Assembly: GCF_006345805.1 (NCBI RefSeq)
Contig: NC_043009.1
Coordinates: 49,786,001-49,850,000, forward strand
DNA length: 64,000 bases
DNA from: Octopus sinensis
Taxonomy: Eukaryota
Direction of reading: 5' to 3'
Shown here: one piece after another, positions 1 through 13,621 of the stretch
Numbering within the stretch: position 1 is the first letter of the stretch
Layout: every line of letters starts with the position of its first letter
Notes under the pieces: generated by a model
The model's input: the letters and a program-made list of their open reading frames with translations, nothing else
Database searches by the model: none
Told to the model about the DNA's origin: nothing
Made by a program: the position numbers and the translations under genes

Positions 1-1312
1 GTATTTTTTTGAGAGGTGTTTAATCTTCAAGAAAATAGGTTTCTTCGTGAAGTAAGTTTTGATGGATGTTATGCATTGCAATATTAAGCATGTATGTAAT
101 CAAGTTGACAAACTAAATTTGCTTCAGAATAAACATTTTTTTTAAAAAATCTTGACTTTGTATTGGCCAAATGTTCAAATACTCCCAATATAAAAAGTAA
201 ACTGCCCACCAATTATTCTTTGATGTTTAAATCTATCAGAAACCAGAACCTTGAAGAATGATGTCATAAACACTTCCGGACAGGCTTGCAGTCAACAACA
301 GCAACAACAACAACAACAATAACAATTGTGTTTTCTAATTTAGGTACAGGGCCCAAAATTTTGAGGCAGGGGTTAGTTGACACCAATGTTCCCAGTACTT
401 GACTGGAACTTTATTTTGTAATAATTTTTTAGTAATAAAAGCTACAAAAATACAACACAGATGAACAAAATATTTGGGTGTGTATGAGGATTTCCAAGCT
501 CAAGAATACACATTTTGGGGTTTTGAGTAAATCAAACCCCACTAGTACTTCCCATTTTCGATTTTCTATGTAACCCATGAAAAATGTTGCATTTGATCCA
601 CTTTCTCGACATTCCTTGGAAAATCACATTTATAGCATTACTAAGGTCTTATCATCTCCTCCTACAAATGTGACTACTTCCTCCATCATGTCAACAACAT
701 CGCCACCACCAGCACCACCAGCATCACCATCACCACCACCACCATCATGTCTCAACCTAATATAGGAAATATCTCTTATAGAACTAATTAAATCATTAAC
801 AAACTGATGTTCTTAGAAGCAAGCAATCAACAGTTTTCAGCTGCCGCAGATTTGCAAACACCTAAATACTACAACCAAGACAAGATGAATACACACATTT
901 ATCTTTCAATGGTTTGACACAAAAGTTGAAAGTAGATGTCAACACATCTCATCTTTGCTTGCTCTCTCTCTCTCTCTCTTTCTTTATTTTTTTCTCTCTC
1001 TCTTTACCTCTTACAATCTGTCTATAGAGTTGTTTTTGAATTTAGCAATATAAAAACAACAACAAAATGCACAAGAGCAGCATTTCCATTGTTGCTTGAT
1101 ATCTGAAAATAAAAAAATTTTTTAAAAAAACCCTAAAAAAAAAAAACAACTATCAACTGAATAAAAGAATTTAAAAAAAAATAAAAATGTAAAAAATTAT
1201 CGTTTAAATAAAAAAAAATTCTACTTCAGCATTTTCATCTATTTTTGTAATATTTGTAAAGCTTTTAAGTTTTTTTTTATATGCATCATTTGATGAAGAT
1301 GATGAGGATAAG

Positions 1313-1475
1313 ACACAGGTCAGCATTAAGAGAGAGTTGACCTATGATCAAATGACATTTCAACAACGATCAGCTTCATTTATCTGGGGTTTTTTTTCTT
1401 TTCTAAGGTTGTAGGTAGGCTGGGATTTGAGAGAGATTTGGCTGGTATTTCTAAAAAGATTTATCAACCATATAG
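1313..1475 (+). repeat. old interspersed repeat, family D (degenerate copy)
   Basis: Motifs GACCTATGATCAAA and GAGAGATTTGGCTG.TATTTCTA, shared with about 12 other loci in the window. Confidence 0.5.
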
Positions 1476-1798
1476 ATTGATGCTTCTTCATATCAAGTTA
1501 TTTCAATTAATCATGAAATTAAGTATTAAGGTTTGCAGCTAAATTAGTAAATACTCAGCTGTTGTATCTGGCTTTTACTGTTAATAAATAGCAAAGGCAA
1601 TGGTTGACTGGACACAATTGACAAAATAACTGCCTTGCAGTTATTTAGACACATCTCTTTACACTCTGGTTTCAAATTTGAACCCAAGATAAGTTAACTT
1701 TACCTTCCATCTTCCTGGGGTTTATAGAAAAGAACTTGCCAAGTACTGATCTAAATACAATTGATTATTTGCTTTTGTATTTCTATTAAAATTCAACA

Positions 1799-2195
1799 GG
1801 CATAGGAGTGGCTGTGTGGTAAGTAGCTTGCTTATGAACCACATGGTTCTGAGTTTAGTCCCACTGCATGGCATCTTGGGCAAGTGTCTTCTACTATAGC
1901 CTCAGGCTAACCAAAGCCTTGTGAGTGGATTTGGTAGATGGAAGCTGAAAGAAGCCCGTCATATATATATGTGTGTGTGTGTCTGTTTGTGCATCCGTGT
2001 TTGTCCCCCCAACATCATTTGACAACTGATGCTGGTGTGTTTATGTCCCCGTAACTTAGCGGTTCGGCAAAAGAGACTGATAGAATAAGTACTAGGCTTA
2101 CAAAGAATAAGTCCTGGGGTTGATTTGCTTGACTAAAGGCGGTACTCCAGCATGGCCACAGTCAAATGATTGAAACAAGTAAATGAGTAAAAGAG
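1799..2195 (+). mobile_element. tRNA-derived SINE, family A (full length)
   Basis: A-box-like TGGCTGTGTGG and degenerate B-box; CORE-like CTTGGGCAAGTGTC; internal (TA)n(TG)n; tail GAAACAAGTAAA(A)GAG. Same sequence recurs about 10 times in the window. Confidence 0.9.
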
Positions 2196-3250
2196 AAGCT
2201 ACTTCATCATACTTTTCAAACATGACAAAAAGTGGACAAAAGTATATCATGCTTGGTGACAAACTGATGGTTGGTACATCAATGCAATTGATTTGAACTC
2301 ATAGGCTTTCAGCTTCAATTCTGTTAAAGCAAACAAGAGGACAGTATTCAATAGGGGCAAGAAGATTATTGGTATCCTTCAGTGTCAAGTAGGAATTTTA
2401 TGTTGGGATAACGAGAGATGAATTATGAAACTGAGGAAGTGTATGCTGGAATGATGCTGAAGTACTGTAGCCACAGAAGTTTCTAATTCATGTTAATATA
2501 GATCCTCAGTAGCATACCAATTGAAGTGATTACTTCATGGAGAAGCCAGCGGATGATTGGTTATCTTCAAAAACGGAAAAGAAAGCAGACAAAAACAGAA
2601 CATCACTCATAATGAGGTAAATAAATTGACAGCCTATCAATCTGCTGAAATCAGCAGATGGATCATGTGATCCACCAAAGCTGGCTGATGGATGATGAGA
2701 TCCACCGAATGCAGCTGATTTACAGTGTAAGACATAGAGAAGCCAGTACAGGATTGTTAACCTCAACAGAGACAGTAAACAGGTGGAGTGAAGTTAGCAA
2801 GGTAACTACTCAGTCATGGGAAGCAAGTCTTTCTTTCTGAGAAATAGTAAGTTTATACTGGCTTCAATCTTTCTTGTGTAAGGATTATAAGATATAATTT
2901 GCAACATGTCAAAGATAATTATTGTGCTTCACTAAACTTCAAAATATGCAACTTTATTAAGTATTGGATATTTCGTGCTAGGTTGAAAAAAAAAAGGAGT
3001 GGGCATGAAGTGAGGGGAGAGGAAGAACAGTGTGTGGTGTGTGTGTGTGTATGTGTGTGTGTGTGTGTGTATGTGTGTGTGTGTGTGTGTGCGTGCATGC
3101 ACTCATTGGTGCACTATAAGACTAAATATATGTAAATGCTAGTTTTTGTGTTTCAGGGGCAAAAAAAAAAACTGATTCTTTTGCAGAGTTTATCTGACTT
3201 TATAAAACTAGTGTCATTTAATCAAAAACAAATGAGAAGGGAGAGGAGGA

Positions 3251-3290
<40 letters not shown>

Positions 3291-4089
3291 GAAGTATCTA
3301 GTTAAAGAGTATAATCAGAAAAGAAGTAAAAAAAACAAACATCCAGGAATGGATATGAACAATTTCACAAATAAGGAACGAGAGAGAGAGAGAGAAAGAC
3401 AGAGAAAACAAACACGGATAGAAACTAGAAGACCACAGGTAGATAGAGAGAATGCAATAGAGGAGGCGGGAGAGAGAGAGGGAGAAAGAAAGAAAGGGAG
3501 AGAGAGGGGTGGGGAAGAACCTGAGCTAAACAAAAGATTCTTCAAAATATTCATTATTCCTACCACCTGCCCCCCAGTTTCCAACCAAAAAACACAACTT
3601 GCATGGCAATTATTTCTATTAGAAATTTCAACCAAAATTATGGTAAATCTTTTCTTATAAATTTTATCAATAAATGTCCATTCATTTTTTTTTTGTTTGT
3701 GTGCTTAGGTAACAAACAACAAATCCAACTCTTAAGAGACACCACAATGCCTTTCTGTTATCAGCCAACCTCTGTCAGTATTGCTAAAACACAATTGCTC
3801 CTTCTATATTTGTCATCAGCATTTTCCCAGAAACCTAATTCAGTGATTGCAAAGACAAGATTGTTTTTCTAGAAGCAATAATCAAGAGTGTCAACAGACG
3901 TTTGAGCATTTCGAAGTAGCTGATTTAAGGCCAAAATAATACCTAGTGGAGGCCTATACTAACAACTACATCTGGCTTATGGCTATCTCCAAGATTAGAA
4001 CAAACTGTTTACATGTGTTGTGGTAACGTTGCTGGTTCATAAAATTATCACTTAAGGAATTACTACTACTTCATTGTACTAACAAATAT

Positions 4090-4132
4090 CATCATCATCA
4101 TCATCGTTTAACGTCCGTTTTCCATGCTAGCA
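4090..4132 (-). mobile_element. RTE LINE extreme 3' tail fragment
   Basis: (CAT)n-CGTTTAACGTCCGTTTTCCATGCTAGC is the reverse complement of the tail at 63420-63462. Confidence 0.75.
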
Positions 4133-4288
4133 AGAAACTCAATACATAAAAATCATGTACACATACAGATACACCATCACCTATATACACACCACACACA
4201 AACACACATATAGACATACATGTTTTTTTATGTATAAACTTCCAAAATAAATGCATATATACACATAGAAACATATATATATATATGC

Positions 4289-4325
<37 letters not shown>

Positions 4326-5671
4326 CATGTATATATACATACATATGCATATATGTTTGTGTATGTGTGTATATATATATGTGTGTGTGTGTGTGTGTAT
4401 GTATATATGCATGTGTATATGTATATAAGTATATATTTATATATATGTATGTATGTATGTATATATTATATATATATAGATAGATATACATACATGCATA
4501 TAGAGAGAGATAGATAGATATACACAAGCACACCCACTCTCTTTTTCTATCTCTTTCTATCTCTCTATCTCTCTCTCTTCACACACACACACGTACACAC
4601 ATATCAAAGAGATATTGACACTATTAGGCTTCTGCTTAGCAAAACCTGAACATTATTTCTAAATGGAGGAAACCTTTGTTTCAAAAATCTATTGAAATTT
4701 AATAAAAGTCAAGCTAACTAAATTTACTTACAGGCACCACAGCACACTGTATTTACTCTTTGGTAAAAGGAGCTAGCTCTATAGGAATTACCTTTGGTGA
4801 TTTTGGAAGGGAGAAGGTGGGAAAAAGATGGAAGAAGGACAAGGCTTTCTGAAATAAAAAAAAATCTATTTGAAGAGATAGCTTATGCAAAGTTTAGTGT
4901 GTCTAAGAGGTGAAGGAGACATGAATGCTGGAAGCTGGGTTGAAATATAAACAGACACATTTGTGCTCTCAAGTGGTTTACTTGGTGTTACATATTGGTA
5001 AACAGTGTTGTAGGAAGACGGCAATATGTTTCATTGTACAAAATAAGCGTGTTACATACAATACAGTATTGGCTTTGTGAAACCGCTGAAGTTTATAATA
5101 ATATCCAGTACAATTTGGCTTATAGCAACAGGTATTGGCTTTAATTAAAGAATACCGATACATATTCAGAGTGAATACATGTGAACTAGAAAGTAACCTC
5201 TCAGATGAGTGGTACATATTATTAACTGCAATGTAACAAATAGCAAGCAGTTAGTGAAGATAGAGAAGGAAAGAGCATGATTTAAATGCAGTTCTGCTAA
5301 AGTTCGAATTATCAACAGGACAATGATTAAAATGAAATCTTAGTTGCTATGGACAGAAATAGCTTTGGTGTTATCCATATCTCGTATTTTATAAACTCAA
5401 CTACAATAACATACTACTTGCTTCAGAAATGATGAATGTTCCTCTAACGACAATGTTCTTTTGTTAAAGCAGGAGAAAAATGAGAAGAAGAAGAAGAAGA
5501 AGAAGAAGAAGAAGATAATTCATGAACTTGATCACAATTGAATAATTTATTGTTTGAAAGAAAACACTATTAATATTTCATTTGTTAACCACAGAATAGT
5601 GAACAAGTTTGCTCCATCACCTCACTCCTAAAACCAGCAACAAAGCTTATATGTGGTTTACTCGATGCTAA

Positions 5672-6288
5672 TTTAACCATTTTAATATCAACTTGCCTGA
5701 GGCTGCTACTTGGTTCTGTGGCGAGCTGGCAGAAATGTTAGCACACCGGGGCGAAATGCTTAGCGGTATTGCGTCTGTCATTGCGTTCTGAGTTCAAATT
5801 CCGCCGAGGTCGACTTTGCCTTTCATCCTTTCGGGGTCGATAAATTAAGTACCAGTTACACACTGGGGTCGATGTATCGACTTAATCCATTTGTCTGTCC
5901 TTGTTTGTCTCCTCTATGTTTAGCCCCTTGTGGGTAATAAAGAAATAGGTATTGCGTCTGTCGTTGTGTTCTGATTTCAAATTCCGCCGAGGTCGACTTC
6001 GCCTTTCATCCTTTCGGGGTCGATAAATTAAGTACCAGTTACACACTGGGGTCGATGTAATCGACTTAATCCATTTGTCTGTCCTTGTTTGTCCCCTCTA
6101 TGTTTAGCCCTTTGTGGGCAATAAAGAAACAGATATATGCTTCTAGTTTTGAAGTCATCTAAAAACTCATCATCAAAATTTCATGTTAATTCATGTTCCA
6201 AAGTTATTTCAGTAAATTCTGTATCATTTTTTCAAAATTAATTGAAATAAAAGCAGCGTATTTCAGCAGAAATATGGCAACAAAAAGC
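5672..6288. mobile_element. diverged piggyBac-like MITE interrupted by a SINE B dimer
   Basis: Left TTAACCATTT... and right AATTAATTGAAA...CAGAAATATGGCAACAAAAAG resemble the ends of the MITE at 9838-10058. Confidence 0.4.
5718..6131 (+). mobile_element. tRNA-derived SINE, family B, partial tandem dimer
   Basis: GGCGAGCTGGCAGAA head and GAGTTCAAATTCC B-box; body GTCGACTTTGCCTTTCATCCTTTCGGGGTCGATAAATTAAGTACC; second unit restarts at 5948 (period 183 bp). Confidence 0.9.
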
Positions 6289-6427
6289 ATTGGTCAATGT
6301 GGCATCAACATATTTCTTCCCAACAAATTCTCTACACTCTTTAGAATGGGCAAGTGAAGACATGGTTCAAGACTCAAATCTTAGTATAACAATATTTACA
6401 CCGAAAACTGTAAAGAGACTGAATAGG

Positions 6428-6583
6428 TGCAGACATGGCTGTATAGTAAAAAGCTTGCTTCTCAACCACATTGTTTCAGCTTCAGTCCCACTGCAAGGCA
6501 CCTTGGACAAGAGTCTTTTACTCTAGTCTTGGGCTGACCAAAGCTTTGTGAGAGGATTTGGTAGATGGAAACTGAAAGAAGCC

Positions 6584-6626
<43 letters not shown>

Positions 6627-6834
6627 GTGTGTATGTGTCTGTGATTGCGCCCCCTCCCATCACTTGATGACCGATGTTGGTGTGTTTATGTCCATGTAAC
6701 TTAGCAGTTCAGCAATAGAGAACAATAGAATATGTACTAGGCTTACAAAGATCTCTTTGACTAAAAATCCTTTAAGGCGGTGCCCCAGCATGGTCACAGT
6801 CAGATGACTGAAACAAGGAAAAGATTAAAAGAAT
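6428..6834 (+). mobile_element. SINE family A (diverged)
   Basis: Collinear with the 1799-2195 copy, including internal (TA)n. Confidence 0.85.
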
Positions 6835-7960
6835 AAAGGTAAATTTTTTGTTGAAAGTTTATATATCATGGAGTAACTTAGGTAAGTAAACTGCAAGGTT
6901 TAACTGTGTTTGCAAGAATTTGCTTATATATGCCAAAAGCAAATTTGCCCTTAACATAATTCATGCATTTATTTATGTATGTGTGTGGACCCACATGCAT
7001 TGCCTAACCCCAGGTTTTGCCATGATTAAATAAACCCATGATCAAAGCCATTTAAGCTATGACCATGCTATCTTTTTCTCAGATATATTGCATATAACAC
7101 TATGTTAGCAAATGCATCCTTTCTGTTTTTCAAAGGGTAAGATATATGAAGAAGATTATTGGCTGTTATTTCTAGCAGATTCAGTGACCATGTAGATGGG
7201 TCCTTGTATTGTATGTGTGTGCAAAAATTTATAAATACACGTCATGCAAAAATTAGTATATAAAAGAGAAAGATTTAATGAGTAGCAGAGGAGGAAAAAA
7301 GTCTTTTCTATAAGAAGAAAAACAAGAAGATACTAAAAAAAAGGAAATTTGAATAAGCAAACTTAACATCTTTGCTACATAAAAATACATTTTTTAGCAT
7401 ATAAGCTACCAAAGATAAAATTTTAAAAAGAGGAGAAAAAGTCAAGGTACTGTAGTGGGAGGATGAGGGGGGAGTATGAATAATAATAATAATAATAATA
7501 ATAATGATACATAGAAAAACCAGAACCAAAAAGATGTCAAAGGTGAGGGAGAAAAAAAAAAAATTCTAAAACAACTTAAAAAAATAAAAAAAGAACAATA
7601 AGCTACAAGAACAATATCTGTCAAAAATTGAAGATTCTTTTAGAGAAGATTAGTATTTTAAAATATTTAAAGCAGAAAGATTAACCAACCATAAATAGTT
7701 AAAGTGGTTTTCTGTTTTGATTTGAATGACAAAAATAAAAACAACAGCAACAATAATAATAATAATAATAATAAAAATAAAAAAATAGTTGAGCTTATAA
7801 TAAATGTTGGTCTTTGTGTGTATGAGTGTGTGTTGTAAGATTGAGGACAGACCTCCAGCTAACACCACCAAATTCATCTGATCAGATAAAAACTGAAAAA
7901 AAACCGTGTTCTTAGGTGTTGTTTTTGCTATAGGAGAGGGTCACATACAGTAACCCCAAA

Positions 7961-8015
<55 letters not shown>

Positions 8016-8960
8016 GTTGCATCAGGCTTCATTGGATTCCTCGGTTTATTTTGTTGATTCTTTACATTTTATTTTTTTTTTCATTCTTAGCATGTTGTTG
8101 TCGTTGATGTGGTGGTGGTGGTGGTCGTGGAAAGGTAAAGGTGGGAGCTATAGCATTAGTAATTTTGCCTGAGCTTCAAAAAAAGAATCTCACAGCTTGA
8201 GTAAAAGAGGGATTATGTTCTGATGATTTCATACAGTGGTAGAAAATTTGTCAAAGTTTATTTACAGAAAAACAAAAAAACAAAAAAAATATACATATAT
8301 ATAATTGAATAAATAAAATGAAAACAAAATCTAAGTAGTCATGTGGTGATGAAGTGGAGAAAGATGACAGTGATGACAGCTGTGATGATTATGCTGATGA
8401 CACACACGATAAAACATTTAGAGAAAATAGGGATTAAAATATATATATAATATATATATTTGTTTTTATTTTTATAGCTTCCATGTTGAGCCTGTAACAT
8501 TATGGTGGCTTTTATGTGTGTACATATGTATTTTTACATGTTAACACAGGTTTGATAGATTCATATAAGACTATGTAAATTTTCACAGACTGTTACAGTA
8601 GTATATACATGTGGATTAATGTTTCTTTTTCCCATTTGGTGCCAATTTCGGAAAAAGGTTTGATTGAGTTAAATTAAAACCAAGTTATTGTGCAAAGAAA
8701 TGAAAAAAAAAAAAAAAAAAAAAAAACGCCATCTTTAGAATCCATAATCCTTGCTTTAGTAACCAATAAAATAAATGATTAAACCTCAAGCCAATGCTAG
8801 AACCTCTATGTAGTGGCACACCTGCGAAAAATCACAGCCAAATTTCTCACAAACCAACTAAAAAAGGACAATGGATATTAAAGTTTGGGATACAGTTCAC
8901 CTGAACTAAAGACTTATTGGTCATGATTTGAATGCCTTTCATAATAATAATACTCTAATT

Positions 8961-9522
8961 CAGTGATTCTCAACCATTTTTTACCAATGGATCCCTTTGA
9001 TTCCTATTTTACTCTATTGAACCTCCATAGTCATTCACTGTGAACAAAAAATAATCTTACTGTATTTTTATAATTAAACTAGCAGTATCACCCGGCATTG
9101 CTCGGGTTTGTAAGGGAAATAACTATATAAGCATTTTTAGAGAGTTATAGCCAAAAAATAGCAAAAAAATGCATTAAAAACGGGAAAAAAAATGATAGTT
9201 TTTTTTTAAAATCGTAGACTCATCGTAGACGCGCGCTAATACCCAGAAGGGCTCGATATGAATCACGACTATAAGATACCCGGTTTTGGTTAAACTGCAC
9301 TGCAAAATGTGGGAGTAGTTAGGAATCTAAATCGTAGGAGACAGACACTCACACAACTTCACTTTTATATATAAAGATATTATTAAGAATTGAATATAAA
9401 AAAAATAACTTTAAATATTTTGTGTATTGTAGAAGTATAACCAATTTATTGTGCATAAATTCTAACAACAAAATCTTATATGGACCCCCAAGGGCCATAT
9501 AGACCCCAGTTGAGCACCACTG
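8961..9522. mobile_element. hAT-type MITE (host of nested Helitron)
   Basis: Termini CAGTGATTCTCAAC ... GTTGAGCACCACTG are typical hAT/Charlie-like TIRs; the 8-bp TSD is only partly matched (ctctaatt / cagtaaaa). Confidence 0.7.
9079..9377 (-). mobile_element. non-autonomous Helitron (299 bp)
   Basis: Minus strand begins TC and ends with hairpin CCCGAGCAATGCCGGG followed 7 nt later by CTAG; inserted between A and T with no TSD. These are canonical Helitron hallmarks. Confidence 0.85.
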
Positions 9523-9837
9523 CAGTAAAAAATTTGGCCATCAACAGTAACTACTCAACTATTGAGTGTATGAGTATGAAGAAGTAAGAAGGGAGTGAGT
9601 AAAATGTTACGCTATGTTCACAGAAATCTTAGTTTCAGTCCACCAAAGCAATAGTATTGTCTATCAGGGTCAAATAACTTTTACCCTACACAACTTCAAT
9701 TCATACCAGATACTACATCGGTTTGTGCCAGATGACCAGCATCCTACCCAGAGGATGATATTTAGAGCTCAACCACTTAATGCCATCAGAACCAAGAGAA
9801 GCTTTCAGGAATCAGGGTTCACAGTAGAGTCTGTTAA

Positions 9838-10058
9838 CCCTTTCGTTACCAACCCGGCTGAAACCGGCTCTGGCTCTGAGTACAAATGGCTTGTTTTCAT
9901 AAGTTTTGAATTAAAATCTTCCACCAAACCTTAGTCACAATTTATGTCCTTAACACTAGCTGAATGATAACTAAGTTATTTTACTAAATTCTTTGTTATA
10001 TTTAAAATTAATTGAAAGAAACACAGACCATCTCAACAGAAATACGGTAGCAAAAGGG
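9838..10058. mobile_element. piggyBac-type MITE (221 bp)
   Basis: TTAA duplication at 9834-9837 and 10059-10062; TIR CCCTTTCGTTACC / GGTAGCAAAAGGG; second copy at 57254-57473. Confidence 0.85.
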
Positions 10059-10733
10059 TTAAGTCATAAAGAGTGTGCTTGGTTTACAACGACATATTTT
10101 GTGAACTTGGCTTTGGTATTGAACCAACTAGAACTAGAGTCCACTTAGCTGTAAATAGGTACAGTTTGGTAATAACTACTAGATGGTTGTCTAATCCCAA
10201 TTTAGTCCTGATGGAGCAGAGCTATGACCAAATGTATTCCAGCAGTGTTTATATCATCTTCTTGTATATCAGAAACAATACTCAAAGAAAGTAGGGCATG
10301 ATTTGTCTGAATTCTAGCAGTTTGTATACAGAGGGTGAGTATACAGAGAAGCCACTTCGTTGGCTCAAATAATAGCCTGAAGTATGCAGAGGTGGCACAG
10401 TTAATTGATAGATGTTTTGTTTGCCAATAATACTGAGTTCAACTCCATCCTTTAGACTAGCTGGAATAGGGTGAGAGTGAAGCAAGTTAGCTTGGTAGAA
10501 TCTGAGGTATGAGATACCCTAAATGAAGTGAAAATCTTTAGTGATACCCTTCTAAACCAATCCATTAGTGATACCTTTACGACCTAATCTCTATTATAAA
10601 ACACAGAGTATTCCCAAGATACTGGACAGAGATGAAGCAACTTCAAATACCCCTGAAGTACAAATGGAAATAGGGAGAGGATTTTATGCATGTGCACACA
10701 CACAGAGTGAGAGAACATATATATATATATATA

Positions 10734-11140
10734 GGCGCAGGAGTGGCTATGTGGTAAGTAGCTTGCTAACCAACCACATGGTTCTGGGTTCAGTCCCACT
10801 GCGTGGCATCTTGGGCATGTGTCTTCTGCTATAGCCTCGGGCCGACCAAAGCCTTGTAAGTGGATTTCATAGACGGAAACTGAAAGAAGCCTGTCATATA
10901 TATGTATATATATATATATGTATGTGTGCGTATATGTTTGTGTGTCTGTGTTTGTCCCTCTAGCATTGCTTGACAACCGATGCTGGTGGGTTTACATCCC
11001 CGTCACTTAGCGGTTTGGCAAAAGGGACCGATAGAATAAGTACTGGGCTTACAAAGAATAAGTCCCGGGGTGTAGATTTGCTCGACTAAAGGCAGTGCTC
11101 CAGCATGGCCGCAGTCAAATGACTGAAACAAGTAAAAGAG
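10734..11140 (+). mobile_element. SINE family A (full length, young)
   Basis: GGCGCAGGAGTGGC head to GTAAAAGAG tail; flanked by (TA)n on both sides. Confidence 0.92.
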
Positions 11141-11175
<35 letters not shown>

Positions 11176-11260
11176 GTATGTATGTATAGGGTACAGAGAG
11201 CAAGGTATTAAAAGTGGCTCTACACACCATTTTATCTTACTATTGTGTGATATATTATAT

Positions 11261-11669
11261 TAGTGCATTCTGAGGTTATTTAGTAATGGAACTTTTAAGA
11301 GATTTTCCAAAATTCATGGAACCTCTAACTATATTTTGTGTGCAATCCACAATACCATAATTTCAATAAAATATTTCACAAAGGCAAAAGGTTTTAAAAA
11401 GAGAAGTTATTCATATGCAAAAAAAAAAAAAAAAAAAATCAACAATGGAAGGGCGGTGCCCCAGCATGGCCTCAGCCGGATGGCTGAAACAAGTAAAAGA
11501 GTAAAAGAGTAAAAGAGTAATAGAATTTCATTCTTTTGAAAATGGTAAATACCATTATTTTTTGTTGTTGATAAAATAAATCTGTATTAAAAGGCATCAT
11601 ATACAGGGGAACCCCAAAATTTTTTCACAAAACCCTAGTGTTCACCAGAAACTACTCTGAGAAACATTG
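11261..11669. mobile_element. possible degraded hAT-type MITE with a SINE A tail fragment (about 11447-11520) inside
   Basis: Right end CTGAGAAACATTG resembles a hAT TIR; the left end is unclear. Confidence 0.3.
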
Positions 11670-12324
11670 CATTGATCTGTGACCAACTAGAAGTACTACG
11701 GGCAGTCTTTGGTAGCAGTGGTGGTGGAGGTGGTGGTGGTAGTGGTGGTGATGAGAGTTTCTCCCATTGCTATTTTATTAAACCGAAAAATCCCCTGATC
11801 CCCTCCCCACAAAACATCCGAGAATAAGAAAGTAGATAGATGATTGTTACATTACCATCTTGTGCTCCACCCCTGCCACCAACAATAAAGAAGCAGTTTG
11901 TATTCCATGGTGAGAGAGAGAGAGAGAGAGAGGCAGATGGGTAGGTGGTAGGGGGTGGGAGATAAACTATGTTATTGTCGTAAACCATTGAGGGAGAAGA
12001 TGTTAAACGAAACTTAAAGAATTGTCGGGGCGTATCGATCACTAACATGAGACAACATTGAATATTATCTTTAAATTCTATGTATGTGTGAGTGGGATGG
12101 TGAGGGGGAGGAAGTGGAGGTGAATGTGGGTGGGGTTTTTTGTCATTTTTCTTGTTTTTGTTTTTATTATATTAAATCAAGATAATGACAATAACAAAAA
12201 CAACACGAACAAAGCAGATGTTAAAATAACATTGAGTTTTATTTTAGACCCCAAAATTAAAGAATGGATGGATATTGAAATTTAAATAAAATATAAAACA
12301 ATAAAAAAAACAAATGAAAATTAG

Positions 12325-12378
12325 TTGATTTATATATATATATGTATATATGTGTATGTATATGTATATATATGTATG

Positions 12379-12439
<61 letters not shown>

Positions 12440-12529
12440 ATATATATATGTATAAATATGTATGTATACATACATATGTATGTATATATATATGTGTGTA
12501 TACATATGTATTCACACATGTATATGTAA

Positions 12530-12566
<37 letters not shown>

Positions 12567-12720
12567 AACATACACACACATATATATTCACACTTATGTA
12601 TATGTATATATATATATATTCACTTATATGTATGCATGTATATGTACATATGCACACACACATATATGTATATATGCATACAGGCATGCATATATATATA
12701 CCTAACACATAACACTCTAT

Positions 12721-12795
<75 letters not shown>

Positions 12796-12970
12796 GTATG
12801 TACATATATTTGTATGTATGTATGTATGTATGTATGTATGATGTATTTTTGTTTGAATATATGGATATGTTGAGTATGTATATTTTAAATATATACTTGT
12901 GTATGTGTGTGCGTGTGTGTGAGTGTGTACAAATATATATGTATATATAAAACACATAAACACACACAAA
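12325..12970. repeat. compound (TA)n/(TG)n/(TATG)n microsatellite
   Basis: Direct reading; generates the spurious YIYI/CVCV ORFs. Confidence 0.95.
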
Positions 12971-13189
12971 CATATTCTGAGGAAGTTGTAATAGTTGTTA
13001 CCTTGTTTTTTGATTTTCCTTGTTTATTGTTTTTTTGAATTTTTTATTTATTTGGATTTTTAATTTTCTGGTTTAATGGGGGAAAGTATTAATGGAGAAA
13101 AATATGAATATATTTGTGAAATGAGTTTTTCTTATTCAACAGAGATTCTATCAGATGTTAAAATAATAATAATAATGGTGATGATGATG

Positions 13190-13252
<63 letters not shown>

Positions 13253-13586
13253 TATAACGGCAACAACAACAACAAAAACAACAATAATAATATAAAAATA
13301 ATAAAATATATATAAACGAAAAGAAATTTAATAAAGTCAATTTAATCAATACTAACAGCCTTTGTCCTTTCCCTCAAACATCATCCACCTCTTTTTTAAA
13401 TGTTTTGTGTTGTTTTTTATTTTTTTAAAGACAAACAACAATAACATCAACACCAAAGAATTAATAACTGACTACAAAGATAAAATAGAATAAGCCACAA
13501 TATCAGGAAAAAATTAGACCTCAAAGATAATGTAGTTGGGTCAGCAATGGATAACACTAGAATATGGCAAGAGTTTTCTGTTTGAC

Positions 13587-13621
<35 letters not shown>

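Noticed and set aside
160-290. Promoter-like cluster (CCAAT, TATAAAA, TGATGTCA, ACTTCCGG)
   Set aside because: Each motif is expected by chance at this scale, and there is no CpG island or downstream exon to support it.
2645-2720. 30-bp tandem duplication reading FGGSH.PSA twice in a minus-strand ORF
   Set aside because: Only two units, no splice context or homology; probably a local duplication.
6875-6888. Plus-strand AG|GTAAGT
   Set aside because: No polypyrimidine tract or branch point, unlike the site at 62043.
12244-12973. Long ORFs rich in YI/CV/HT (also at 4101-4533, 28260-28665, 39181-40904)
   Set aside because: They are translations of dinucleotide microsatellites, open in several frames at once.
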